A stretch of DNA of 64,000 nucleotides, from the NCBI GenBank assembly GCA_964234715.1, contig OZ174276.1. One strand, written 5' to 3'. Of the stretch, positions 48,136 through 60,552 are shown piece by piece. Position 1 is the stretch's first letter; the number at the start of each line of letters is the position of its first letter. The position numbers were made by a program, and so were the translations under genes. The notes under the pieces are model-generated. The model was given only the letters and a program-made list of their open reading frames with translations. It searched no databases and was not told the DNA's origin. Source of the DNA: Podarcis melisellensis (Eukaryota).

Positions 48136-51100
48136 TGACTTCAGTGTTGTCTAGGGAGGGGTCGGGCAGGGAACCAACGCAATGGTGTGACGATATTCGA
48201 GCTATCAACCGCTGTTTTGGTCCTGTGAGGGAAAGGAATATCCAACCCGGAAATGGGGGAGGGAGCCAAAGTAGCATGGCGAAAAGTTGATTTTTGTCAA
48301 AGTTTGTGTGGCCTTTTCCTTTGGCCATGTGCTTACATTATCAAGTCCTTTGACCGCATACAAGGCTGCTGTATAGCGAGTCAAATTGGTCCATCTAGTT
48401 CAGTACTGTCTGCTCTGACTGACAGAGGCTCTCCAAAGTCTTAAGCAGTGGTCTTTTTCCCAGCCCAGCTGCCTAAAAACCTGTCAATGGAGATGCCGGA
48501 AATTCAAGCTGAGACCTACTGTATACAAAGCAATGTGTTCTGTGCTGCCCCAGCAGCGGGTTTCAAACTTTCCACCTTCCAGGAACCCTAACCACACCCA
48601 TCTGTCTTCCAATAAACTTCTTCACATCATTTGCCAAGTGATTTTTTTTAAGTTGCACGCTCCAGTCACATGAAGCCCTGTTGACGGCCATCTGCTGTGC
48701 TATGTGCATACCCCAAATTCCTGTGGCCACACAAATGCTCCAGAGCACAGTTGAGAAACACATACACACACACACCTGGACTGATAAAGGATAAGTGGTA
48801 CAAAGTTTTCCGGTGTGGTTGTCTTCACACAGCCCTTTCCAACACTGACTCTTTGCAATAGACCTTGGAGGGCTGGGTAGGCAATGAAGCAATCACATGA
48901 TCGCGACTTGAAGGGAAGGAACTCAAAGCTGCATTTGTTCAGCTTAGACTTGGTGCCTTAAGATGGTTGGGGGAATCCTAAGATGGTGGTGATCGTCTGC
49001 ATCTCGGGTTCAGCAACAAGTCTCCTTGCCCACAGAGGAAGTTCAAGAGGACCGTGGGTTAACTCAGGCAAACCGATGTCAGCCTACACTATCTCTCAGG
49101 GTAATTTTAAGGCTGAAATCTACTTGGAGATCCGTGGAAGAAGGAAAGGATGTACATGTCACAGGGGGGTTTTATCTAGGGAAGACTTGCCAATACAGTG
49201 GCTGCCACCTTCTGTGTTTATCACACAAGATCTGGGCAACACTGGCTGATCTGACAGCCTTTTCCATCCTAGATTTGGCATACTTCAGGACCTGCCACAT
49301 TTGTCGTCTTTCCTCTGGCAAGGTAGATAGACTGTTTACCTTTCTCTCCATCCTGGCTGTAGCTAAGAGAAAAGAGGCACGTGAGATGGAACCTCGCAGT
49401 TAAGAGCTGCTCTCAAGTGACAAGAAGTGCTAATTTAGGATTCAAAATCAAATTATGATTGGTTATAATAGGAATTTCAGAGAAAGCATGTTTTGGCAAA
49501 ATGATTGCATCAGGACACAGCCTCCCTGCGTATGGATCAGGTATCCCAGAACATTGCACCCTCTCCAGCAACTTGGGAAAAGCTTATGATTCGTATGGGG
49601 AAACTGCAACGGGGTCTACTGCCACTTAAACATATTTTTCAAAGTATTTTCTTGCTCTTGTATCCTCTTGGATTACCAGGTGATGGTGGGAACAGTGGCA
49701 GGGCAGGGTGCCACTTCTCACTTTGCCTCAAGCTGTGAAATGGGACACACCACCCCTGGTCAGTCATATAGGACCCAGTTTCACAGGCTATCTCATTTCA
49801 TTTATTTCATAAAATGTATATACCACTTAAGTTATAAAAAAACCTGGAAGACATTTACAAAATGTGCCTGGCTGGATGTTTGAGCCCTGTGGGGTGGGTG
49901 TAAAATCAGTTTTTATTTTTAAAAACAAAACATAATGCCCATTATATTCTGAAAAACAGGTCTTAACCTATGTGAAATAAAAATCTACATTTTGAAATTT
50001 TAAAATTGTGACAAACTATAAAGGTGTTTGAGGAATTGTGTTGCCCTTCTCTAGGTTTGGCCCATGATGTGTATGTGTGCACGCACACATATACACATAT
50101 AAGCATTATATGCATCGTAAAACACTGGGAAGTTATAGCTCCTAAAGAGCATCTTCCCAGACAAGCCTTCTGGGTAGGCGCTCTTATTTTTATTCATCTT
50201 ACTTTTCTGTACTCTTAACTGTGGGTCTGGCACACCACCTAGTGGCGGACTGATCTATTTTGCTGTGATCTTATTTCAGCAGTTCCTTCTGTTCAGAAAT
50301 GAACTTAGTAGCAAATATTTACACAGAGGTTTGAGACTCTGGCGTGGGACCAAAATGGCCTTTGTTGCCCTGAATGATAGATAACCTTCTCTGGGAGACA
50401 GACAGAAGTGTGTGGTCCATTGGTTCTCCTGGATCCCTCATTGGCTTTTGATGCCATCAAGTTATGAAGCTGCTGGGTGAGCTCAGCGAAGTTTGGACCC
50501 ACTGAGTTGAAAATCACGGGAAGTCATGCCCAAGTCAAATTTCAGTCCACCAACTTGATTCAAAATGGCAGCCAGCATTTGAACATTAACAAAAACTGCC
50601 ACGCTTCTCTTCAGGAACCCTTGTGCTAAGTTTGACAATGCTATATTGAGAGTCGTCTGAACATAAGAGAGGACAAATGGACAAAACATTTTCCAAAATA
50701 CACGGGGGGTGGGGGGGGATACTTGTTGAGAGTTAAGATCCCTCAGGTGCTGCCTATGTCCCTGCTGCAAACGCTTCCTCCTCCATTCCTCAAAAATGGT
50801 GGGTGGTGCCCATTGGGACTTAAGGCAGGAGGCTAACAGTAGGTGGAGCCATAGATTACAGACAAGAGTAAGCTAATTCTAGTTTGTCCCCATCATCTTC
50901 CCTGTTGAACTCTATAAGGGCAACACTGAGACAAAGGAAGAGGAAGCTGACAGAGGATGCCATCCCTGGATCGGTTGTCAGGAAGGCATTCAGGGGCTGG
51001 CTGGGAGCAAGTAGAATGGTGGGGCAATGCTCCATTCATCCTAATAGACCACCCTCCACTGTTAATAATTAAAGATTTGTTTACCGTTGTCTGAGTTAGA

Positions 51101-51259
51101 TAACTTAATTCGTTTTTGTTCAGATATAAAAACAGTAGAACCTCAGAGTGTGATGCACTGAGTGAAAAGAGACAGAGAAGTAGATGCATGAGAGTAACTG
51201 AAGTACATCAACAAAATTATCTTGACGAATGGCAGTAGTAAAAAGGTATGTTTTTAAGG

Positions 51260-51463
51260 TAGAGCTTTCCAAACTTTTCAAGTTGGTGACACAATTTTGG
51301 ACATGCATCATTTTGTGACCCTGTAATTCAGTTTTAGTAGCAAACCAAAGGTTAAACTAACCCCTTCCAGCCCCAGGAGGAGCGTGGGGCACGTTCGCAC
51401 GACACACTTGCACACTGCAGCCGACACACTAATGTGTCACGACACACAGTTTGGAAAGCTCTG
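51260..51463. mobile_element. hAT-type MITE (~200 bp)
   Basis: TIR TAGAGCTTTCCAAAC / GTTTGGAAAGCTCTG; TSD TTTTAAGG / GTTTAAGG. Confidence 0.85.
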
Positions 51464-53171
51464 GTTTAAGGGCACCTTATATGCCAGAGCAGAAGGGTCA
51501 AATGCATGTAAACTGGAAGAGAGTCAAGTGTGAATCACCACCAAGAAGGCCTTGCCTTGAGTAGTCACCCAATCATTGACAGGCACACATGCCTCAGATG
51601 CCAATCTTAAGAGTATGGTCAGGGCCATTCAATGTAGGTGAGCCTTATGGTAATCTGGTAGTATAACATTTAGAGTTTTAAAATTTAATACTGGCACTTT
51701 GAATTGGACCTGGAAATACACTGGTAGTCAATGCAATTGGTGGGCGGGTGGGGGGAGTAGAGTCACATGTTCAAACTTTCTGGCCCCCATTAGTTGCATT
51801 TTGCACCAGCTCAAATTTCCGAGCCAGCTTCAGAGGCAGCTCCTTTAAAAGCCCCTAGGCTATGCCCTCTCCTGGAGAGCAGAGCTGTGTGTATTTCACA
51901 GTATGTACTGCCTCCTGATCCAGCCTTCTACCTCAGGTGTAGCACAAGGAATGCTATCCCATCACCAGCATTGTATTAAGCTTCAAACACCGGTGCTTCT
52001 GTATGTGGATCAAGGAGAGATGCCTTCTTCTCTTCCACCTCAGGCAGCAAAAGATCTTGGGCCTGCTCTGAGATCACATATCCAGCAAGTTTCCTAGGAA
52101 AAACATTTTTTTATTGTGAGAGAATGGTGGCCATTTTGGTTGCTGTGATCTTGCACAATTTTGCAGTGAGATGCACCCCCCAGTGCTTTTTTTGGCGGAC
52201 GACGCAAATTCAGGGCAACTAAAATGGCCACCATGCTGTCATGATTAAAACAAAACAAAATGGGAAGATGGCACCTGGGAAGGTGGCATCCTGGATTTGG
52301 GCTTCAAAGCATTGGAGAGTATGAGATCAAGGCCCTCTAGTTGAAGCAGAATCTCTATAAGATGTTCGCTGCATTGTAATGTTATTGTTCTTGATAAACT
52401 TGTGTTCCAGGGGAGGGTGAAGCATTTGTGGCAGCCACAGGTTCAAGCCTGAGGCTCTGGGTGCTGCTATGAGCATGTGCCACAACATCTGTTGGTGGCA
52501 GGAAAGTTCCCAGCGCCCCTGGGTGCTGTAATCCATGCCTTGGTCTTAAGGCTAATGGCTGCTCAGTGCTATCTGCGCTGACCCCATTCTGGTAAATTTG
52601 GGAAGGGTTGGACTTCACTGTGAGCCTAACCCCAAGATTCAAAGTGAGGATGGGGTGTTGTTCATATCTGTAAAATTTGGTGTCCTTCTGACCCAACTTC
52701 TCGGCAAGCTGATGCTGAGTCCAAGCTGCAAGGATCCACACCGTCTTTTTGCTCTTACTTGAGTCACTTCCTATTTCCTCCTCCAGCTTTGATAGGCTGG
52801 TTAAGGAAGATGAGTGGCATCTTCTCTCTTTGTCCATCAGAAATGATGAAAACCACCTGGCCCAGGAGGCCTCCCAGTAGCTTTTAGGACTAGGTGGACT
52901 TTGCAAAGTGATTATTATTGCTTTTAACTATGATCTCATTCTAGTTTGGCCTGTGTTTTAGTTATTGTATCTGCAAACCTTTATCAAGCTTTAACTTTGC
53001 AATCAATCCCAGTTTGCCTATCAAGAAAATCCCGTTTTAGTGCTCTGTGCTTGTCTGTTGCTGTTCAAACGTGGGCTTTGGCTGACACCTAGTGGTCATG
53101 AAAACTCATTGTCCCAGTATCTCAGATTTAGCAGCAAATGTCTTTTCCTATTACACCAGTGTGATAAGAGA

Positions 53172-53413
53172 GGCTCAGTTGGTAGAGTAAGGGTACCAGA
53201 CGTCCCCATTTCCTGGGGATGGTCCTCGGATTTACAAATCAGTCCCCATACAAAATCCATTGAAGTTGAAAAGTGTCCCCAGATTCATTGAAAAAATCTG
53301 GTGACCTTATGGTCGAGGCCATGGGACTCTTAATGTCAGGGTCGTGGTTTGAGACCCACATTTCAGGGGGCTAGATCCTTGTGGTCCCTTCCAACTCTAC
53401 CAGTCTATGATTC
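53172..53413 (+). mobile_element. tRNA-Lys/CR1-tail SINE interrupted by a MITE
   Basis: GGCTCAGTTGGTAGAG...[insert]...CATGGGACTCTTAATGTCAGGGTCGTGG...GGTCCCTTCCAACTC. Confidence 0.75.
53188..53309. mobile_element. Small hAT-type MITE nested in the SINE
   Basis: TIR TAAGGGTACCAGA / TCTGGTGACCTTA; TSD TGGTAGAG / TGGTCGAG. Confidence 0.75.
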
Positions 53414-53879
53414 CATAAGGAGTTCATAACTTGGACACATTTCCCCTTTCTCCTGAAACTACATGCCACCTCTGCAACATGCCACTCCCCACAGCTGCTG
53501 ATGAGGCAGGAAAACCTTTTGCAGAGTATCTCCCCAAGAAATGGATCAGTAGTGAGGAGTGAATCAGCAGGTTTCAGTTTTGCTCAAGTTCTCATTCTTT
53601 CCATCCGAAATTCAGTTCTCCAAAATGTTGAGGGAATTGGCACACACACACACACGAGAGAGAGAGAGAAAAGAGAGAAACCCACATGGAAATTCATCAA
53701 ATTTTCATTTGCTGCCCCCTGATAATCATACACTGTCAGCCCAATCTACTTCACAGGGCTGCAAGGTTAACTGGGGCAGGGGGAGAACTGTGTATGCCAT
53801 CTTGAATTCCTTGGAACAAAGGTGGAATAAAATGTAAACAAAATAAACAAGCTCAATGAGCAATGACCCAAAAGAAGTG

Positions 53880-54094
53880 CAGTGGTACCTCGGGTTGCAT
53901 ACGCTTCAGGTTACAGACTCCGCTAACCCAGAAATAGTACCTCGGGTTAAGAACTTTGCTTCAGGATGAGAACAGAAATCTTGCGGCAGCGGCGGGAGGC
54001 CCTATTGGCTAAAGTGGTGCTTCAGGTTAAGAACAGTTTCAGGTTAAGAACGGACCTCCGGAACGAATTAAGTACTTAACCCGAGGTACCACTG
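53880..54094. mobile_element. Tc1/mariner (pogo/Tigger-like) MITE, copy 2
   Basis: Same TIRs and interior as 40244-40477. Confidence 0.9.
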
Positions 54095-54581
54095 TATACT
54101 TAATGCTATGGTTGCCCTGGGAATGCAAAGCAGAAGGAGAGCATCCTCTGGCCTCTTCCCTTGGCTAGAGCAAGTGTTGGGAACCTTTAGCTCCAGCAGC
54201 AAGGCCAATGTCCCAAGGTGATGGGGGCTGTGATTTAGTAACATCTGGAGAGGCAGTTTCCCAACACCTGGGCTGAAGGTCTCAGGTTTGCTGAGTGTTT
54301 GCACTCCCTGCCTCTCACCAAGATGATACAAGCAAGGGAAACTCCCTTGTCTCAACCAGAGGAGGATATGTGAGGAGCTGCTTCTTCCTCTTCTGGACTC
54401 AGAGCAGTGGCTCTATTCTGCTCCAACGTCCTTGGACTCCAGAACTGGAAGGTAGTGCATTTGAACATCTCCCACTGTCATCCAGAGGACCAAGGCCTGT
54501 TGTACAGGGTGGGGATTGTTGCTTCATTGCATTATTGAAATCTGTTGTAAGCAGCTTTGAGGATCAAAAAAATGGGATATA

Positions 54582-54807
54582 CAGCGGTACCTCGTGTTAC
54601 ATACGCTTCAGGTTACAGACTGTGCTAACCCAGAAATAGTACCTCGGGTTAAGAACTTTGCTTCAGAATGAGAACAGAAATCGTGCTCCGGCGGCACGGC
54701 GGCAGCGGGAGGCCCCATTAGCTAAAGTGGTGCTGCAGGTTAAGAACAGTTTCAGGTTAAGAATGGACCTCCGGAGCGAATTAAGTACTTAACCCGAGGT
54801 ACCACTG
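54582..54807. mobile_element. Tc1/mariner (pogo/Tigger-like) MITE, copy 3
   Basis: Same family, TA-flanked. Confidence 0.9.
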
Positions 54808-55378
54808 TAGATCTTCTTTTTTAAAAGCATACTAAACAGCAATGCAAAATATGTTGCTAATTCAAAAGGCATACATGGACTTCTCTTAGGCAAGAGCTCC
54901 ACCGCCCACCTTAGTCAGCAGTTAAAACCAAACCCACAAGCAATCATTTACATGTTTTTAATAATCCTTTTCATAGTTTAGAACTCATCTGAAGACAATG
55001 GGCAGATCCTCCTTCCACTGTGTGTGTGTGTGTATTCAGTCAAGTCAGTTTCCACCACTTCCTTCCCACTGAGTCATAGTTATTCTTGTCCCAAGGACCA
55101 GCTTTTCATCTCTTCTTTCATGGGCCGAAGGTGTTTGTGCAGAGTGAGGTGCTTCCTGCCCTGGCCCCTGGGAAAGCCAGCGGTCTCGGTACATGTAATC
55201 TATGTTGCTTGAAAACAGAGGCCAGAGTTCTTAACATCCTGTACAGACTAACATATTTTCAACATGGGGTTGTTTAGAAGGGAATCATGTAGGAAGTACA
55301 AAAACAGAAGGAGGGTGGTCTAGTTAGAGTTGTAGTCAGGCTCCTGCAGAGCTTGTCTGAGGCCCAGGGTGGGAGTCT

Positions 55379-55753
55379 TGTTAGAATAAAGGTTTAAGCT
55401 CAAAAAGCAAACAGCCAGTTCAGTTACATAAGAAGGCAAGAGAGTTCAGATAAACTAGTTTATTGCAACATCTCCAGCACAGTATATTTTACATAGCTGT
55501 TCATACATTAGAAGATCAAAAGTTAGTTATCACTAAGCAATCCTACCAGACTACCCACCTACTGTGCAACCTTTAGTCACAGAGGAGCTCATTTTGTCGA
55601 TAAAAGATTGACTAGCTCAGGATTAGAAACAGAAGCACATAGGGAATGTCTGGGATGGATACAATATGCATGTTAACGTACATGAATTCAGTATTCAGTG
55701 GACATTTCCCTGGGTTCACCGTGGCATAATATATTAACATAAATACCAACTCA
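55379..55753 (-). mobile_element. Probable solo LTR
   Basis: TG...CA ends, 4-bp direct repeat GTCT on both sides, AATAAA on the - strand at ~55459. Confidence 0.45.
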
Positions 55754-55866
55754 GTCTGAAATTTCTTTTTTTCTAGCTTTCTATTCAGCAAAAAAACTCT
55801 ATAATGGAACTGTGGTCAACAAGATTCAGGATGGAAGTTTGATGCTGAGAACAAGAAGATCATTAA

Positions 55867-56131
55867 TATTAAGTTGTGGGTTGACATAGCAGCCGGCACA
55901 GCGATTTCTTCAAGTAGCTCTTTATTTTGTAAGCTGGAATAGAACTGACTGCAAACAGCTCAGCCGGCCTGCTTTTATAGGCAGCCGGCTGTCAACATTG
56001 TAACAACCACAGCCCAGAGTTCCCGCCTAAAATAACTGCCGCGGACCTGAGTGAAAACTATCTACAGACCTGAGTGAAAACTATATACAGTATCCCCCTG
56101 TTGGCCCAGGGTGAAACTACACTACATAACA
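55867..56131 (-). repeat. Gypsy 3' LTR
   Basis: Direct repeat of 60553-60817; preceded on the - strand by the PPT at 56132-56143. Confidence 0.95.
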
Positions 56132-56244
56132 CCCCTCCCCACCAAGATAAGGCGTTAGTTACAATCGTAATGGTTTCCTTATATACAGCACTACGCGTAA
56201 TGGTTCAATTAGGCACAAAAGCATATCGGTTACATTTCCCATAC

Positions 56245-59200
56245 TTAGACCAACAGTGATACATGTCCAACAACATAGTCCTTTAAATAAGTTGGGCGCT
56301 TGGAAACTCTGCCAGACCGCCGGGGACTGGTAGCCAAGTCCGGAGGGCCACACAGTTCTCGCTGAGGCTGTGGTGCGACCCTAGGTGGCGTTGGAACCAA
56401 CTCCCCTGGATCCGCTGCTGTGGGTGGAGCCTCCGCAAGTGGAGTGGTCTGAGTCTGTTCTGAAGCGGCTTGGTTCGGCTCCATGCTGGCAGTTTGCGAG
56501 CGAGGTGTAGGTGGGGCCTCGCCATCTGTACGTGTCTCTTCTGGAGCTGCAAGCGCAGTTGGGGGCACCTCGGTAGTGTCCAAGTTCCCAACCCTGCGCC
56601 TAAGCTGGTCTATGTGCCGTCGCCACAAGCGTCCATCTTCGAGTGCCACCTGGTACGAGCGAGGTCCAGTGACTCCCACTACTGTGGCTGGCACCCAAGG
56701 AATGTCCCCCACATAGTTCCGGGCAAAGACCTGGTTTCCTGGGACAAATGACCGTGGCGCGTTGGCACAGCCTGGGGGTTCAGCCACGGCAAAGTCCGGG
56801 TGTAGCCGGTCGAGCGGTGACCTGAGGCGGCGGCCCATAAGCAGTTCAGCAGGACTCCTCCCTGTGGCCGCATGAGGGGTGATGTGTTGCACGAACAAGT
56901 ATTCGGCGACCCGCTCATGCCAGTCTCCCCGGTCCAGGCGCGCCAGTGCCTCTTTTGCCGAGCGCACCATTCTTTCCGCTTGCCCGTTGCTGGATGGATG
57001 AAAGGGTGCCGTTAGGGCATGGCGGATGCCCAGTCCCAAAAGATACCGCTCAAAGGTGCCTGACGTGAACTGCGGTCCGTTGTCAGAGACAAGGACATCA
57101 GGACACCCATGCGTTGCAAACAGGCCTCGCAGCACCCGGATGACAGCTTCGGTAGTGGTGGAGGGCATCAGGGCGACCTCCAGCCATTTGGAATAGGCGT
57201 CCACCACTACCATAAAGGTCCGGCCGTGAAAGGGGCCAGCCAGATCTATGTGCACCCTCGACCAGGGTGTCTTTGGCGTCTCCCAGGTGTGTCCCTTAGC
57301 TGCCGGTGGTGCAGGCCTCGACTCTTGGCACGCTTGACAGGCGGACACCCAGGCAGTGATGGCATCGTCCATATTAGGCCACCAGACGTAACACCGAGCC
57401 AATGCCTTCATTTTGACAATTCCCGGGTGGCCAACGTGCAGAGCCTCCAGGGCGCGCTGACAGAGTCCCTGGGGAATCACGACGCGGTCTCCCCACAGCA
57501 GACAGCCGCGATGAGCTGAGAGTTCATGTTGTCTGGTTGCGAAGGGCTGGAACTCCGATGCAAAAGGCCCTTGTGGCCACCCCCTCCACACCCAGTTGAG
57601 CACCCGGCTGATGGTGCGATCCTGGGCAGACGCGGAGGCCACAGTGGTAGCTGATACAGGCGCTGCCGGAAGATCCTCAATCAGAAGGAGCGATGAAGCT
57701 GGAGCCGGGTCTTCCACAAATGCTGGAAGAGGGCAACGGCTGAGGGCGTCGGCATGGCCCATCGATTTCCCCGGGCGATGGATGAGCCGGTAGTGGTAGG
57801 CAGCCAGGAAAACAGTCCATCGCAGCATGCGTGGCGAGAGGACCGGTGGAGTTGGACGATCACCGGCGAGGAGGCCCAGGAGTGGCTTGTGGTCAGTGAT
57901 GAGGTCAAAAGTCCTGCCATAGAGGTATTCATGGAACCTCTTCACTCCAGCCACAAGTGCCAATGCCTCCTTGTCGAGCTGGCTGTAATTCCGTTCCGTT
58001 GGAGATAGTGTCCTGGAAAAGTAGGCGAGCGGTGCTTCTCTTCCATCTGGAAAACGGTGACTAAGGACAGCACCGATGCCAAAAGGTGAGGCGTCGCAGG
58101 CAAGGACCAGCGGCCTGGATTCACTGTACTGTACCAGCACACTGTCTGAAGAAAGGAGAGCCTTGACCGCGTTGAAGGCCGCCGTCTCCCGATGACCCCA
58201 GGCCCAAGGCGTCTTAGTGCTAAGGAGTCGGTGAAGAGGCTCAGCCACTGTGGCTTTGTGGGGCAGGAACCTGTTATAAAAGTTCAGCAGCCCCAGGAAT
58301 GCCTGCAACTCCGTTTTGTTCTTTGGGGTGGGGGCCTGCTGGATAGCGCGGATCTTGGATGTGGTTGGGTGAAGGCCGGAGGCATCGATAAGATAGCCCA
58401 GGAACTCTACCTGTGGAACGGCGATCTGGCACTTCTCCCTCTTTACCTTGAGCCCGGCCTCTTGGAACCTGGTCAGCACGGCACGGAGGCGCTCGAACAG
58501 CTGCTGGTGTGAGTCTGCAGACACCAAGACGTCATCAAAATATGGTACCACGCCCGGAAGCCCTTGCAGGAGACGCTCCATAAGGCTTTGGAAGATTCCA
58601 GGAGCCACACTCACCCCGAACTGCAACCGGCGGCAACGGAATGCCCCCCGGTGGGTGACGATCGTCTGGGCTTCAGCAGTGGCATCATCAACTGGCAGTT
58701 GTTGATATGCTTGGGCAAAGTCCAGCTTAGCGAAGACCTTACCCTCACCCAGGGAATGCAGCAGGTGTTGGACAACAGGAACCGGATAAGCGTGCTGCTG
58801 AAGTGCCTTGTTGATCGTGCACTTGTAGTCAGCGCAGATTCTCACCGACCCGTCTGGCTTGACAGGCGTGACGATGGGGGTTTCCCACTTGGCGTGGTCA
58901 ACCGGCTCCAAAACTCCTTGGGCAATCAGTTTGTCCAGTTGTTCGTCCACCTTAGCCTTGAGAGCAAAGGGAACCCAGCGTGGCTTTAGCTTGATGGGGG
59001 CGACTTGTGGATCAAGGCTAAAGGAGATGGGCGTACCTGTATATTGCCCCAAGGTGCCGTCAAAAACCTCGGCAAAGTCTTTGACCAGACCCTCAGTCTC
59101 TGCGTTAGAGATGCAGTTGATGCCGGTGACTTCCAGGCCGAGGGCATCAAACCAGTCTAGCCCTAGGAGGCTTGGCCGCTGACCTTCGACCACCACCAAC

Positions 59201-60357
59201 CGGAGCCGGCCCGAAAAATCCTTGAAGGCGATCCGGAACCGGCCAACGCCTACCACGGGAATGTCGTTTCCCTGGTAGTCTCTCAGGTGTACGGGGTGAG
59301 AGTTGAGTTGCCTCTTGGACACTCTGGGTACCAGTCTTTTGATGGTGCTCCATGACACGATGGACAGGGCAGACCCGGTGTCGATCTCCATGTCACATGG
59401 AGCTCCTTCAATGAGCACCGTGACGTTCAGCTTGCGTCGCGTAGGCGAGTCGGTTTGGCCAATCGTGGTTCCAGACGGGCAGCGGCAGTTGGTGAGAGCG
59501 AAACAACTTTCCTTGGCAGACTGGAGTGAAGACTTGGACTTGCGAGTCGATGAAGGGGGGGTGTCAGACGGAGCCGATCGGCAGACCTTAGCGATGTGGC
59601 CCCTTCTGGAACACTTCCTACAGATGGCGTCTCTGAATCGACACTTGGCACGGGAATGGTTGCCTCCGCAGCCGGCACATTCCGGTTGGCCCTTGGACTT
59701 CTGTTGGAACTTCCTGCGCTCCCGCTTTGTCTGGTGCACGTCATCGTCTTCACTGGAGGATGCCTCATCACTGCTGGCCTCTTCATGATGCACCGAAACT
59801 GGCTCCCTAGCAAGACGCGGGCTGCTGGACTTGCGGATCTCCTGGGCGGAGCGTTCAGCAGCTTCTGAGGCCACAGCCTCCTCAATGGCTTTCTGTAGCG
59901 TGAGGTCTGGCTTGGCTAGGAGACGCCGTTGCAGATGGATGTCCCGGACCCCGCAGACGATTCGATCCATCAGGGCATCGTCTAAGTCTTGGAACTCACA
60001 GTGCATTGCAGCCTGTCGCAGGGCGGTGGTGTAGTTGTTGATTGACTCCCCCTCTGCCTGGTTCCGGTGGTAGAACGCATGGCGGGCAGCAATCTTGGAC
60101 GGCTTTGGTGCATAGTGGTTGCGGAGCTTCTCTTGGATCGTGTCCCATGGTGTTGCCTGGACTGCTTCAGGCGCAACCAATGCTCGGGCCGTCTCAAACA
60201 CCTCAGGCCCACAGAGGCTGAGGAATAGGCCCCGCTTCCGATCCTTTGATACTGCTGTCAGCTCGTTGGCTTGGAGGTAGCAGTTGAACCGAGCGAGGTA
60301 GGAGTCCCATGATTCAGAGGCTGGTGCAAACGGCAGTTGAGGCACAAGTGAAGCCAT
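56245..60357 (-). CDS. Gypsy Gag-Pol polyprotein, 1370 aa (gag, two Zn knuckles, PR, RT, RNase H, IN)
   Basis: CAGCGGNH..C..ICRKCSRRGHIAKVC; MEIDTGS; PYFDD; ACDASPFG; HVGH..C..C; HIDLAG / SDNGPQF / QAERMV; GPRSY; PR-RT-RH-IN order. Confidence 0.96.
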   Translation of the reverse strand: MASLVPQLPFAPASESWDSYLARFNCYLQANELTAVSKDRKRGLFLSLCGPEVFETARALVAPEAVQATPWDTIQEKLRNHYAPKPSKIAARHAFYHRNQAEGESINNYTTALRQAAMHCEFQDLDDALMDRIVCGVRDIHLQRRLLAKPDLTLQKAIEEAVASEAAERSAQEIRKSSSPRLAREPVSVHHEEASSDEASSSEDDDVHQTKRERRKFQQKSKGQPECAGCGGNHSRAKCRFRDAICRKCSRRGHIAKVCRSAPSDTPPSSTRKSKSSLQSAKESCFALTNCRCPSGTTIGQTDSPTRRKLNVTVLIEGAPCDMEIDTGSALSIVSWSTIKRLVPRVSKRQLNSHPVHLRDYQGNDIPVVGVGRFRIAFKDFSGRLRLVVVEGQRPSLLGLDWFDALGLEVTGINCISNAETEGLVKDFAEVFDGTLGQYTGTPISFSLDPQVAPIKLKPRWVPFALKAKVDEQLDKLIAQGVLEPVDHAKWETPIVTPVKPDGSVRICADYKCTINKALQQHAYPVPVVQHLLHSLGEGKVFAKLDFAQAYQQLPVDDATAEAQTIVTHRGAFRCRRLQFGVSVAPGIFQSLMERLLQGLPGVVPYFDDVLVSADSHQQLFERLRAVLTRFQEAGLKVKREKCQIAVPQVEFLGYLIDASGLHPTTSKIRAIQQAPTPKNKTELQAFLGLLNFYNRFLPHKATVAEPLHRLLSTKTPWAWGHRETAAFNAVKALLSSDSVLVQYSESRPLVLACDASPFGIGAVLSHRFPDGREAPLAYFSRTLSPTERNYSQLDKEALALVAGVKRFHEYLYGRTFDLITDHKPLLGLLAGDRPTPPVLSPRMLRWTVFLAAYHYRLIHRPGKSMGHADALSRCPLPAFVEDPAPASSLLLIEDLPAAPVSATTVASASAQDRTISRVLNWVWRGWPQGPFASEFQPFATRQHELSAHRGCLLWGDRVVIPQGLCQRALEALHVGHPGIVKMKALARCYVWWPNMDDAITAWVSACQACQESRPAPPAAKGHTWETPKTPWSRVHIDLAGPFHGRTFMVVVDAYSKWLEVALMPSTTTEAVIRVLRGLFATHGCPDVLVSDNGPQFTSGTFERYLLGLGIRHALTAPFHPSSNGQAERMVRSAKEALARLDRGDWHERVAEYLFVQHITPHAATGRSPAELLMGRRLRSPLDRLHPDFAVAEPPGCANAPRSFVPGNQVFARNYVGDIPWVPATVVGVTGPRSYQVALEDGRLWRRHIDQLRRRVGNLDTTEVPPTALAAPEETRTDGEAPPTPRSQTASMEPNQAASEQTQTTPLAEAPPTAADPGELVPTPPRVAPQPQRELCGPPDLATSPRRSGRVSKRPTYLKDYVVGHVSLLV

Positions 60358-60436
60358 GATTCCGATGCCGGCGTGAAGGGCGATGGATGGAACACAGTGC
60401 TCTAGCCAGAACAGTCAGCTCTGAATTGGTTCTGCC

Positions 60437-60495
60437 CAGTGATTTCGCTCAGTGATTTCGCTCTGTGATTCAGCTCAGTGATTCAGCTCAGTTCA
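60437..60495. repeat. 13-bp tandem repeats in the Gypsy 5' leader
   Basis: cagtgatttcgct x2, ctgtgattcagct, cagtgattcagct. Confidence 0.8.
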
Positions 60496-60533
60496 GAGGC
60501 TGGCCGCATCTGGCTGTGCTCTGATGTCCATCC

Positions 60534-60551
60534 ATCCCACCTTCGTCGCCA
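60534..60551 (-). promoter_or_regulatory. Gypsy PBS complementary to tRNA-Ser(GCU)
   Basis: TGGCGACGAAGGTGGGAT, 1 nt after the LTR; complement of ...ATCCCACCTTCGTCGCCA. Confidence 0.88.
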
Positions 60552-60552
60552 G

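Noticed and set aside
50470-50710. Possible Helitron/Helentron-like remnant
   Set aside because: Only a vague resemblance; termini could not be defined
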